A DNA stretch of 64,000 nucleotides from an uncultured Candidatus Hydrogenedens sp. (GTDB lineage: Bacteria > Myxococcota > UBA4151), in the NCBI GenBank assembly GCA_902574205.1, contig CACGMS010000001.1, positions 41,819-105,818 of the forward strand, given 5' to 3'. The notes under the pieces are model-generated. The model made no database searches. It was not told the DNA's origin and saw only the letters and a program-made list of their open reading frames with translations. The translations under genes were made by a program, and so were the position numbers. Below are positions 1 through 8,708 of this stretch, piece by piece (within the stretch, counting starts at the first letter, position 1; each line of letters begins with the position of its first letter).

Positions 1-1
1 T

Positions 2-1076
2 TGCGGTGATGGCGTTCAGGACGAAGGAGAGGCTTGCGACGATGGTAATGAGGTTCAAATCGATGCCTGTACGAATTCGTGCGAAGTCGCTCGCTGTGGT
101 GACGGCATTCGACGTGGCGATGTAGAATTTGGGCAGGAGGGATACGAGAGTTGTGATGATGGTAATCAGGCGCAAACCGACAACTGTCTCAACAATTGTG
201 TCGCAGCGCGCTGTGGGGACAGTCACCTTCTAGATGGCGTGGAGGCATGTGATGATGGGAACAATAACGATCGCGATGCGTGCACCAACGCCTGCCAGGA
301 TGCGCGCTGCGGCGACGGCATGACGCGACAAGATATCGCTCGGGGTGACCAAGGATTTGAGGAATGTGATGACGGTAATGAGGTGGATACCGACGCCTGT
401 TTGAGGAGTTGTCAAACGGCACGCTGCGGTGACCAGCAGGTCTGGAATGGTGTTGAAAGCTGCGACGATGGTAACGACGTTCAAAGTGATGCGTGCACGA
501 ATGCATGCGAACAAGCAGCCTGTGGTGATGGCATTTTACGGACCGATATTGCTCAAGGGCAACCCGATTACGAAGCCTGCGATGACGGTGATGAAGACGA
601 TAACGACGCCTGCACGAACAATTGCGTTGTTCGACAGTCACGTTGTGGTGATGGCGTTCGCGATCAGGGCGAAGCTTGTGATGATGGCAATGAGATTCAA
701 ACCGACGCGTGCACGAATTCTTGCGAATTAGCTCGCTGCGGCGACGGTGTTCGTCGCGGTGATGTGCAGGTTGGTCAGCAGGGCTACGAGAGCTGTGACG
801 ATGGCAATCAGGTGCAAACCGACGACTGCCTCAGCAATTGTACTGTGGCGCGTTGCGGGGATAGCCACCTTCGAGACGGCGTGGAAGCATGTGACGACGG
901 CGATAACGATGATCGCGATGCATGCACGAATTCGTGCCAAAACGCCCGTTGCGGTGACGGCATGACGCGCCAAGATATCGCTCGGGGTGAGCAAGGATTC
1001 GAGGAGTGCGATGATGGGAATCAAGTCGATACCGACCCGTGCTTAAATACCTGTCAAACGGCGCGCTGCGGTGATG
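2..1076 (+). repeat. Higher-order duplication inside the CDS: ~430-bp block (4 repeat units) at 2-432 recurs at 644-1076 (offset 642 bp)
   Basis: The protein blocks [23 protein letters not shown]...CQTARCGD and [23 protein letters not shown]...CQTARCGD align collinearly at roughly 80% identity by eye. Confidence 0.8.
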
Positions 1077-2494
1077 GTATCATCTGGGCTGGACAAGAGA
1101 CCTGCGATGATCGCGATCTCGATGATTACGATGAATGTCGAAATCACTGCCAGTTAGCAGTGTGCGGTGATGCCATAGTTCGTCGTGATCTGAACCCCGG
1201 CCAAGACGGTTATGAGTTCTGCGACGATGGTAATCGCGAAGCCGGTGACGACTGCACCAACACCTGCACCACGGCGCGCTGCGGTGATGGTGTTGTGCGC
1301 GTTGGCTCGGAAATTTGTGATGACGGCAACCAAAACAACGGTGATGCCTGCCTCAATAATTGCGTGACTGCACGGTGTGGCGATGGCGCTATTCAAGTGG
1401 GTGTCGAGGCGTGTGACGATGGCAACCGAAATGATTTAGACGGCTGTCGCAATACGTGTGCGGTGGCGATCTGCGGTGATGGGGTTGTGCGAGCAGGCGA
1501 AGAGCAATGCGATGATGGCAACCGTGTGGATACGGACGTTTGTCTCAACAACTGTCAGCAGGCACGTTGTGGCGACGGGGTGGTGCGAGTCGGCGTTGAA
1601 GGATGTGATGATGGCGATAACAATGCGCGCAATGCCTGCACAAATGCCTGTCAAACAGCGCGCTGCGGTGACGGCGTAGTACGCAACGATATTGCTGAAG
1701 GGCAACCCAACTACGAGGAATGTGATGATGGCGACGAAGACAACACCAACGATTGCAGCAACAGCTGTCGTTCCCAGGTGCAGCGCTGCGGTGATGGTGT
1801 TGTTCAAGCAGGTGAAGGATGTGATGACGGAAACCAGGTCCAAACAGATGCCTGCTTGAATAATTGCACGGTGGCGCGCTGTGGTGATGGCGTACTACTA
1901 GAAGGCGCTGAGGAATGCGACGATGGCAACGAGGACAACACCGATGCATGCACCAATAGCTGTGTGGCGGCACGCTGTGGTGACGGCGTTGTTCAAGCAG
2001 GTGAAGGATGTGATGACGGAAACCCCGATCAAAGTGATGCGTGCTTGAATAACTGTACGATGGCTAGTTGCGGTGATGGCGTAGTGCGCCAAGACCTGCA
2101 GGACGGACAGGCTGGGTATGAAGCATGCGATGACGGCAACGGAATTAATACCGACGGTTGTCGCACGAATTGCCAAGCGGCGCGATGCAGTGATGGATTT
2201 GTCCAAGATGGCGCCGAAGAATGTGATGATGGGAACTCCACGCCCACTGACTCGTGCACCAACGACTGTCAGGTTGCTCGTTGCGGTGATGGTATTCGGC
2301 GGTTTGACTTGCCTGATGGGGAGGCGGGATACGAAGCCTGTGATGACGGCAACGAGGTGCAAACCGACGCGTGCCTGAGTGATTGCAGAGCCGCGCGCTG
2401 TGGTGATGGCATTGTCTGGAGCGGTGTCGAAGGCTGCGATGACGGCAACCAAGTCGACGACGATGGCTGTCGAAACAATTGCCAAACCAACTAG
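2..2494 (+). CDS. Cysteine-rich repeat protein (Myxococcus-type CGDG/CDDGN disulfide repeat, DUF4215-like); 5' end lies off the window
   Basis: Frame 2 is open from base 2, so the track ORF 239..2494 is only the part after the first in-frame Met. There are 24 tandem units of 32-37 aa with the pattern RCGDG-x(5-12)-CDDGN-x4-D-x-C-x3-C. The protein ends directly after the last unit (…CRNNCQTN*) with no separate C-terminal domain. The family name is from memory of TIGR02232/DUF4215 and was not searched. Confidence 0.85.
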   Translation, partial: CGDGVQDEGEACDDGNEVQIDACTNSCEVARCGDGIRRGDVEFGQEGYESCDDGNQAQTDNCLNNCVAARCGDSHLLDGVEACDDGNNNDRDACTNACQDARCGDGMTRQDIARGDQGFEECDDGNEVDTDACLRSCQTARCGDQQVWNGVESCDDGNDVQSDACTNACEQAACGDGILRTDIAQGQPDYEACDDGDEDDNDACTNNCVVRQSRCGDGVRDQGEACDDGNEIQTDACTNSCELARCGDGVRRGDVQVGQQGYESCDDGNQVQTDDCLSNCTVARCGDSHLRDGVEACDDGDNDDRDACTNSCQNARCGDGMTRQDIARGEQGFEECDDGNQVDTDPCLNTCQTARCGDGIIWAGQETCDDRDLDDYDECRNHCQLAVCGDAIVRRDLNPGQDGYEFCDDGNREAGDDCTNTCTTARCGDGVVRVGSEICDDGNQNNGDACLNNCVTARCGDGAIQVGVEACDDGNRNDLDGCRNTCAVAICGDGVVRAGEEQCDDGNRVDTDVCLNNCQQARCGDGVVRVGVEGCDDGDNNARNACTNACQTARCGDGVVRNDIAEGQPNYEECDDGDEDNTNDCSNSCRSQVQRCGDGVVQAGEGCDDGNQVQTDACLNNCTVARCGDGVLLEGAEECDDGNEDNTDACTNSCVAARCGDGVVQAGEGCDDGNPDQSDACLNNCTMASCGDGVVRQDLQDGQAGYEACDDGNGINTDGCRTNCQAARCSDGFVQDGAEECDDGNSTPTDSCTNDCQVARCGDGIRRFDLPDGEAGYEACDDGNEVQTDACLSDCRAARCGDGIVWSGVEGCDDGNQVDDDGCRNNCQTN
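1799..2024 (+). repeat. Exact 37-nt duplicate (gttgttcaagcaggtgaaggatgtgatgacggaaacc) at 1799-1835 and 1988-2024
   Basis: Read directly. The offset is 189 bp, equal to two repeat units. Confidence 0.9.
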
Positions 2495-2566
2495 AAACCC
2501 CGTGTTTTCGCTGGGAAACGGCTCTGATTTTAGAACGCCAGCGTTTGTTCACAAGGCCAATGAAGG

Positions 2567-3598
2567 ATGTTTGTTATTTATCGTTTTAGCCTGTGCTTAA
2601 CCGGGTTCGTTTTAGGCACCTCTTGTTCAGCGCTAACAGCAAACCCAGACTCCTCGGGCACGCAGCAACGTGATGCAGGCGCCGCGCGCGATGCTTGCAC
2701 GAGCGATGCTGGCACGAGCGATGCTGGCACGAGCGATGCTGGCACGAGCGATGCTGGCACGAGCGATGCTGGGCTGGTGGGAGACGCAGGTGTGGGTGCA
2801 GCCGATGCGGGTCACAGCGATCCTAGGTGTCGCAATCACGCGGGTTGTGCGGCCGACGAGGTGTGTCGACAACCATCCTGTGACAGCGACACAGACTGCC
2901 GCGACGGTGAGGTTTGTAGTTTGGAGGGGGCGTGCGTTAGCGCCTCTTGCAATGAACGTGTCTGCGAGGGCCAATGCGCTTCAGCCTTTGGGCGGCAACG
3001 AGAGTGGGCGATTACCATCGCCGGAGCGAACGTACCCGGGAGTGCTAATTATTATGAAGCGGAAAGAGAGCCTGGGTGGGGGGCTCGGTGGACGCGGCGT
3101 TCTTATGATCGGGACTCACCGCCGGACACCTATGTCATCGTCACTATCGATGGACAGACCTGCGTGACTGACATTGCGGCCGATAACCATTCACCCGCTT
3201 GGGAAAAAACGTGTTCATTTACCATCTTTGATGACTCGACTTGGAGTATTTGGATGGCCGATGCTGACGGGGGTGAAATTGATGCAAACGGACCTGTTGA
3301 AGACGGAGATAGAACCATTCCCAACATGGATTGGCCGATCTATTTTCTAGAAGAAACGCCTCTACCCTTTGAGTTGTTACGCGGGGTGACTGATCAACCC
3401 TTATCACCACAAAGCCCAGCACACGCGATCGTCGAAACCGATGCGCGAGAAGACCAATGCGTACAAAGTCATTTATCCGTTTATCTGGATTGGCTAACTG
3501 ATCAACTTTCGGCTGACTGCGGAGCCCCAGAGCCCCATGATGGTTCATTCACCGGTACCCAGCCATTGCTTCACCTCAATTTTTATCCAAAGAATTGA
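2567..3598 (+). CDS. Secreted lipoprotein, function unknown: (TSDAG)5 linker, Cys-rich segment, C2-like beta-sandwich motif
   Basis: 343-aa ORF. The N-terminus MFVIYRFSLCLTGFVLGTSC has a hydrophobic core plus a lipobox-like LGTSC. A Cys-rich block follows (CRNHAGCAADEVCRQPSCDSDTDCRDGEVC). The segment PDTYVIVTIDGQTCVTDIAADNHSPAWEKTCSFTIF...WMADAD resembles the C2-domain core. Confidence 0.75.
   Translation: MFVIYRFSLCLTGFVLGTSCSALTANPDSSGTQQRDAGAARDACTSDAGTSDAGTSDAGTSDAGTSDAGLVGDAGVGAADAGHSDPRCRNHAGCAADEVCRQPSCDSDTDCRDGEVCSLEGACVSASCNERVCEGQCASAFGRQREWAITIAGANVPGSANYYEAEREPGWGARWTRRSYDRDSPPDTYVIVTIDGQTCVTDIAADNHSPAWEKTCSFTIFDDSTWSIWMADADGGEIDANGPVEDGDRTIPNMDWPIYFLEETPLPFELLRGVTDQPLSPQSPAHAIVETDAREDQCVQSHLSVYLDWLTDQLSADCGAPEPHDGSFTGTQPLLHLNFYPKN
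2697..2771 (+). repeat. Perfect 15-bp tandem repeat x5 (gcacgagcgatgctg), in frame, encoding (TSDAG)5
   Basis: Five identical consecutive 15-mers read directly at 2697-2711, 2712-2726, 2727-2741, 2742-2756 and 2757-2771. They lie inside CDS 2567..3598. Confidence 0.95.
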
Positions 3599-3793
3599 TC
3601 ACACGCTGTTAGTTTCGATCGATGATAGCGATGACATCGCTTGATTGACCGCCGCAAAGCCAAGACCGCTATATTTTTTTCGAATCAAATGGCAGTGGGT
3701 GTCCTCTGAGAGAGGCTGGTCAGATCAGCATCGATGAGTGGTTGCCGGTTAATTAGCAGCCGGTCGAACCAGAAAAGTGCCAAAGGATTAACT

Positions 3794-6700
3794 ATGCGTT
3801 TATCAAAGTTGTCTGCTGTTTGTTGGGTCATGGTCAGTCTGATGACCATGTCGTGTTCCCAATGGCTCGGTGACGAGCCATCGCCTGCGCAATGCGGTAA
3901 TGGCGTCGTTGAAGGCGCTGAACTCTGTGATGATAAAAATTCGGTCGATACCGATCAATGCACCAATTCTTGTGCCGTGGCTCGCTGCGGTGACGGCATC
4001 GTGCGTTCGGATTTAGCTGAGGGTGACGAGGGCTATGAAGCTTGCGACGATGCAAACGCCATTGATACCGATGGTTGCACGGCGCAGTGCGTCGTTGCTC
4101 GATGCGGTGATGGTCTGTTGCGCACGGACGTCGAGGTCGAGGATGCGGCCTATGAGCATTGCGATGATGGCAACACGATTGAAACGGATGGCTGCACCAA
4201 TGCGTGTCAGATTGCCCGTTGCGGTGATGGCTTTGTGCGGACGGATCAACGCGAGGGAGATCCTGACTACGAGTATTGCGATGACGGTAACGTCGATCCT
4301 ACCGATGCATGTACCGAGAAATGTGTGCCGGCGTTATGCGGCGATGGCCGAACGCATGCCGGGGTTGAGGAATGCGATGACGGCAATTTAGACGACACCG
4401 ATGACTGTCGGCTTAATTGCGAGACGGCGCGCTGCGGCGATGGGATTACGCGCCGAGATCGCGAAGAAGGTGTGGAGGGTTACGAAGCCTGCGACGACGG
4501 CAATGCGATTGATACCGACAGTTGCCGCAACAGTTGTATGGCGGCGCGCTGTGGCGATGGCGTTCTCGGTCCGGGCGAAGGCTGCGATGATGGCAACGAG
4601 GAGCCACTCGATGCCTGCCACGACTGTCGTTTGACCTCTTGCGGTGACGGCATCACGCAAAGCGGAGAAGCCTGTGATGATGGCAACCGAAACGAAACCG
4701 ACAGTTGTTTGTCCACCTGCGCGCTTGCGGCCTGCGGTGACGGCTATACACGGCGCGATGTGAATCCGGGCGAGGCCGATTTTGAAGCCTGTGATGATGG
4801 CAATGGGGTCAATGAGGATGCTTGTACTAATTCGTGCGCATCGGCGCGTTGCGGCGATGGTATCACCGCATTTGGTGAAGCCTGCGATGACGGGAACAGG
4901 GTCAATGAAGACGCCTGCTCGAACCGTTGCGAGCGTGCTCGCTGCGGTGATGGCATTACCCGTTTAGATCTGGCGCAAGAGCATCCGCAACATGAGACCT
5001 GTGATGATGGAAACCGGATCAACGAAGATACCTGCACCAATGGTTGCCGTGAAGCTCGCTGCGGCGATGGCATTGTTCAGATCGGAGTGGAACAATGCGA
5101 TGACGGTAACCTCGACGATACGGACGGTTGCACCACGACCTGCCGAAATGCTCGTTGTGGAGATGGTCAAGTGCAGCCTGGAGAGCGTTGCGATGATGGC
5201 AACGACAACAACAATGATGCTTGCACGAATACGTGTCAGGTGGCGCGCTGTGGCGATGGCTATGCGCAAACCGACGTTGAAGCGTGTGACGACGGCAACC
5301 AGGTCACCGAGGATGCCTGCACCAATAATTGTGCGGTCGCACGCTGCGGCGATGGGATTCGTCGTTTGGATCGTGCTGAAGGTGAATCTGGCTTTGAAGG
5401 CTGCGACGACGGAAACCAAGTTCAAACGGATACCTGCAGCAATAACTGTCAAATAGCTCGTTGCGGGGATGGGCATCAAGGCCCTGGTGAAGGGTGTGAC
5501 GATGGTAACAACGACAATGGTGACGGCTGCAGCGACACCTGTCAGACGGCCCGCTGCGGTGACGGTCACGTGCAAGAGGGTGAAGAAGAATGCGATGACG
5601 GTAATCAAAACACCCAAGATGCGTGCACTAACGCGTGCACCACAGCGCGTTGCGGTGACGGCATTCAGCGTCAGGATATTGAGGCAGGAGCTGTAGGCTT
5701 TGAGGCCTGCGACGACGGCAACGCGGTCCAAACGGACAGCTGCATCAATACCTGCCAAAGTGCTCGCTGCGGCGATGGGCATCAAGGTCCAGGCGAAGGC
5801 TGCGATGACGGCAACGATAGCAATGCGGACCAGTGCACCAACGGCTGTCAACCGGCGCGTTGTGGTGATGGGCACGTCCAACAAGGCGAAGAACAATGCG
5901 ACGACGGTAACCAAAACAGTCAAGACGTCTGCACCAACGTATGCACCACTGCGCGCTGCGGCGATGGGATCGTCCGGTTGGGTTTGGTCGCAGGTCAAGA
6001 AGGCTTTGAGGAATGCGATGACGCAAATGAGGTGAACACGGATGCGTGCCTGAACACCTGTCGCGTTTCACGATGCGGGGATGGTGTGATCTGGGCGCGC
6101 CGAGAAGCCTGTGATGATGGCAACGATATCGCCCACGACGAATGCACCAACTTATGCACACGAGCCCAATGTGGTGATGGGATACGGCGGCAAGATATCC
6201 AAGATGGAGAGGCGGGTTATGAGGCATGCGATGATGGCAACCGTCAGGACAACGATGCGTGTTTGAACACTTGTATCACTGCGCGCTGCGGTGACAGTGT
6301 TCGGCGTCGGGACCTTGTTGATGGACAAGATGGCTATGAATCCTGTGATGATGGTAACCGCCAAAACAACGATGCCTGTCTCAATACCTGCCTAACCGCA
6401 CGATGCGGTGATGGTGTGGTGCGAAATGAGGGCGATGATCCTGAAGCATGTGACGACGGCAATCGCGTGACCACCGATGCGTGCACCAATTTATGCCAGC
6501 CGGCGCAATGTGGCGATGGCATTCGACGGTTAGACATTAACGAGGGTGAGGAAGAGTTCGAAGCTTGCGATGATGGCAACAACATCGAAGACGCGTGTAC
6601 CGAAAACTGCACGCGAGCACGCTGCGGCGATGGCTATCGGCGCACAGATTTGCAGCCAGGAGATGAAGGTTATGAATTCTGTGATGAGGGCGACGTGGCG

Positions 6701-7564
6701 GAGGATGAGGGTGGCTACCGCTGCACAACTGAATGTACAGCAACCCGTTGCGGTGATGGCATACGCAACACCATTCGAGAAAACATTGGCGAACAACAGG
6801 TCGATGGGGGTTCGGGGGATACATCCGATGGTGGTAGCCGCTACCGATGGCGTACCGAAGAATGCGACGACGGCAACGACGACAACGACGACGACTGCAG
6901 CAACACCTGTCGAAGCAACCGCCAAGACGCTGGCCCCAATCGAGACGGTGGACCCAACGACGACAGCGGCAACACCGACAGACAAGACAGCGGCCAAGCG
7001 ATCCCCACCCCCAACAACAACGACGGTGGCGACAACAACGACGACGAATGCAACGACAGCAACGACGGCGGTAACACCGTCGACGGCAGGAGTTGTCCTC
7101 CGGCACGCTGCGACGGCGGGAGCTGCCCTAACGACGCCGGTACTTCAGATACGGGCTCATCCTGCGGTAATGGAGTCGTTGATGAGGGCGAACAATGCGA
7201 TGACGGTAATGAGATTAGCAGCGATGGATGCAGTTCGGGGTGTGAAACTGAGACCCCGCGCTGGGTTGAGATCGAGGGTCGTGACGTACGAGTGATCGTC
7301 GGTAGGTGCAGCGGTCAATCGACCATTGAGGTGACATGTCAAGCCGGTCCGGTGGACGGTAATGGCGCTACGGTGGGAGATGAGTTGGCGGTTGGCTCGG
7401 CTCGAGATGTCGAACTCAAAGGAAGCGACGCCGAGTCTGGTTTTCTTCAAGGATTTTCATCCAGTGTAGTAAGCCCCACAGTCATGGAAATCACTGGAGC
7501 GACAGGCTGTGGTCAAGATCGGCTTGAAGTCCGTGAAGCGACCATTTGGGAGTGTCGGTACTAG
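3794..7564 (+). CDS. Giant cysteine-rich repeat lipoprotein (~29 CGDG/CDDGN units) with a D/N/G-rich spacer and a ~115-aa terminal domain
   Basis: The track ORF is 3734..7564. The ATG at 3794 gives MRLSKLSAVCWVMVSLMTMSC, a signal peptide with a Cys lipobox, so I prefer it as the start. I counted 29 CDDGN-type units. A low-complexity D/N/G stretch covers about 6790-7140. The non-repeat C-terminus is TPRWVEIEGRDVRV...TIWECRY. Confidence 0.88.
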   Translation: MRLSKLSAVCWVMVSLMTMSCSQWLGDEPSPAQCGNGVVEGAELCDDKNSVDTDQCTNSCAVARCGDGIVRSDLAEGDEGYEACDDANAIDTDGCTAQCVVARCGDGLLRTDVEVEDAAYEHCDDGNTIETDGCTNACQIARCGDGFVRTDQREGDPDYEYCDDGNVDPTDACTEKCVPALCGDGRTHAGVEECDDGNLDDTDDCRLNCETARCGDGITRRDREEGVEGYEACDDGNAIDTDSCRNSCMAARCGDGVLGPGEGCDDGNEEPLDACHDCRLTSCGDGITQSGEACDDGNRNETDSCLSTCALAACGDGYTRRDVNPGEADFEACDDGNGVNEDACTNSCASARCGDGITAFGEACDDGNRVNEDACSNRCERARCGDGITRLDLAQEHPQHETCDDGNRINEDTCTNGCREARCGDGIVQIGVEQCDDGNLDDTDGCTTTCRNARCGDGQVQPGERCDDGNDNNNDACTNTCQVARCGDGYAQTDVEACDDGNQVTEDACTNNCAVARCGDGIRRLDRAEGESGFEGCDDGNQVQTDTCSNNCQIARCGDGHQGPGEGCDDGNNDNGDGCSDTCQTARCGDGHVQEGEEECDDGNQNTQDACTNACTTARCGDGIQRQDIEAGAVGFEACDDGNAVQTDSCINTCQSARCGDGHQGPGEGCDDGNDSNADQCTNGCQPARCGDGHVQQGEEQCDDGNQNSQDVCTNVCTTARCGDGIVRLGLVAGQEGFEECDDANEVNTDACLNTCRVSRCGDGVIWARREACDDGNDIAHDECTNLCTRAQCGDGIRRQDIQDGEAGYEACDDGNRQDNDACLNTCITARCGDSVRRRDLVDGQDGYESCDDGNRQNNDACLNTCLTARCGDGVVRNEGDDPEACDDGNRVTTDACTNLCQPAQCGDGIRRLDINEGEEEFEACDDGNNIEDACTENCTRARCGDGYRRTDLQPGDEGYEFCDEGDVAEDEGGYRCTTECTATRCGDGIRNTIRENIGEQQVDGGSGDTSDGGSRYRWRTEECDDGNDDNDDDCSNTCRSNRQDAGPNRDGGPNDDSGNTDRQDSGQAIPTPNNNDGGDNNDDECNDSNDGGNTVDGRSCPPARCDGGSCPNDAGTSDTGSSCGNGVVDEGEQCDDGNEISSDGCSSGCETETPRWVEIEGRDVRVIVGRCSGQSTIEVTCQAGPVDGNGATVGDELAVGSARDVELKGSDAESGFLQGFSSSVVSPTVMEITGATGCGQDRLEVREATIWECRY
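5462..6073 (+). repeat. Three-unit (306-bp) supra-repeat duplicated in tandem: 5462-5767 and 5768-6073
   Basis: [47 protein letters not shown].. is followed by [47 protein letters not shown].. Confidence 0.85.
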
Positions 7565-7793
7565 ATGGATTTTGCCGCGTAGATAAGGTGAGCGGCTAAC
7601 CACTACATGCTGCTTCACCGGTGTGGTTCATCGGTTTGCGATGGCGATGGAGTATGGCGAGCGATCGAATCGACGTGAACTGGTGGCTTCGCTGATTTCA
7701 GGTCACTGGTCTGCTCTCGGTCCATGTGACTAAGGCAGTTCGCTCGACAAATCTCGACCTTGCGGGCAATTTGCTGCCTCGATGGAGGCGACG

Positions 7794-8708
7794 ATGAGCG
7801 AAGACTACCCCCGTGATCTGGTGGGCTACGGCGCAACGCCGCCGCACCCTCTTTGGCCGGGCGATGCACGCATTGCCGTGCAATTTGTCATCAACTACGA
7901 AGAGGGTGGTGAGAACTGCGTTTTGCATGGCGATGCTGCCAGCGAAGCGTTTTTGTCGGACATCGTCGGGGCCGAGCCTTGGCCCGGGCAGCGCCACCTG
8001 AGCATGGAGTCCATGTACGAATACGGCAGTCGGTCCGGCGCTTGGCGTCTGCTTCGTACTTTTCAAGAGCGCCAGATGACCGCCACCTGCTTTTGTGTCG
8101 GCATGGCGCTTGAGCGTCACCCCGAGCCCGTGCGCGCCATGCGCGACGCCGGTTTTGAGATCGCTAGCCACGGCTATCGCTGGATCGATTATCGGCACGT
8201 GGACGAAGCCACCGAGCGCCAACATATTGCTCAATCCGTCGCCGCCCACGAGCGCCTGCTCGGTGAGCGGCCCTTTGGGTTTTATCAAGGTCGCACCGGC
8301 GACAACAGCCGGCGCCTTTGCGTCGAAGAGGGCGGTTTTGTGTACGACGCCGACAGCTACGCCGATGACCTGCCGTATTATGATCGCAGCTTTGAGCCGC
8401 CGCACTTGGTGGTCCCGTACACCCTTGAATGCAACGACATGCGCTTCGCCATGTCCCAAGGTTTTAACACGTCTGAGCAGTTCTTCACCTACATGAAAGA
8501 CAGCTTTGATGTGCTCTACGCCGAGGGCGCAACCCAACCCAAAATGATGTCAGTCGGTCTGCATTGCCGGCTCTCAGGTCGCCCCGGTAAAGCCGCAGCT
8601 TTAGCACGCTTTCTCGACTATATTCAGGGTCATGATGCGGTGTGGGTCTGTCGCCGTATCGACGTGGCGCGCCATTGGCTCGCGCATCACCCGCCTACAG
8701 ACGGTTAA
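7794..8708 (+). CDS. puuE: Allantoinase PuuE (polysaccharide deacetylase-fold urate catabolism protein)
   Basis: MSEDYPRDLVGYGATPPHPLWPGDARIAVQFVINYEEGGENCVLHGD...SHGYRWIDY...LHCRLSGRPG is near-collinear with Pseudomonas PuuE as I remember it. GGAGG at 7784-7788 sits 5 nt before the ATG at 7794. An alternative start exists at 7782. Confidence 0.88.
   Translation: MSEDYPRDLVGYGATPPHPLWPGDARIAVQFVINYEEGGENCVLHGDAASEAFLSDIVGAEPWPGQRHLSMESMYEYGSRSGAWRLLRTFQERQMTATCFCVGMALERHPEPVRAMRDAGFEIASHGYRWIDYRHVDEATERQHIAQSVAAHERLLGERPFGFYQGRTGDNSRRLCVEEGGFVYDADSYADDLPYYDRSFEPPHLVVPYTLECNDMRFAMSQGFNTSEQFFTYMKDSFDVLYAEGATQPKMMSVGLHCRLSGRPGKAAALARFLDYIQGHDAVWVCRRIDVARHWLAHHPPTDG

Noticed and set aside
3734-3793. 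A 20-codon N-terminal extension of the giant stalk gene (track start at 3734).
   Set aside because: The extension (MSGCRLISSRSNQKSAKGLT) precedes a perfect signal peptide and lipobox that start at Met21. The ATG at 3794 is therefore the more plausible start, though this is unproven.
2-7564. The regular ~100-bp periodicity of similar sequence could superficially suggest a CRISPR array or a satellite.
   Set aside because: The units are in frame and vary in length (32-37 codons). They diverge at synonymous and non-synonymous sites and have no unique spacers. They encode a continuous Cys-rich protein, and no cas genes are present.
7698-8537. A 279-aa ORF antisense to puuE.
   Set aside because: The sense frame gives a near full-length match to PuuE. 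The antisense translation has no recognisable features.
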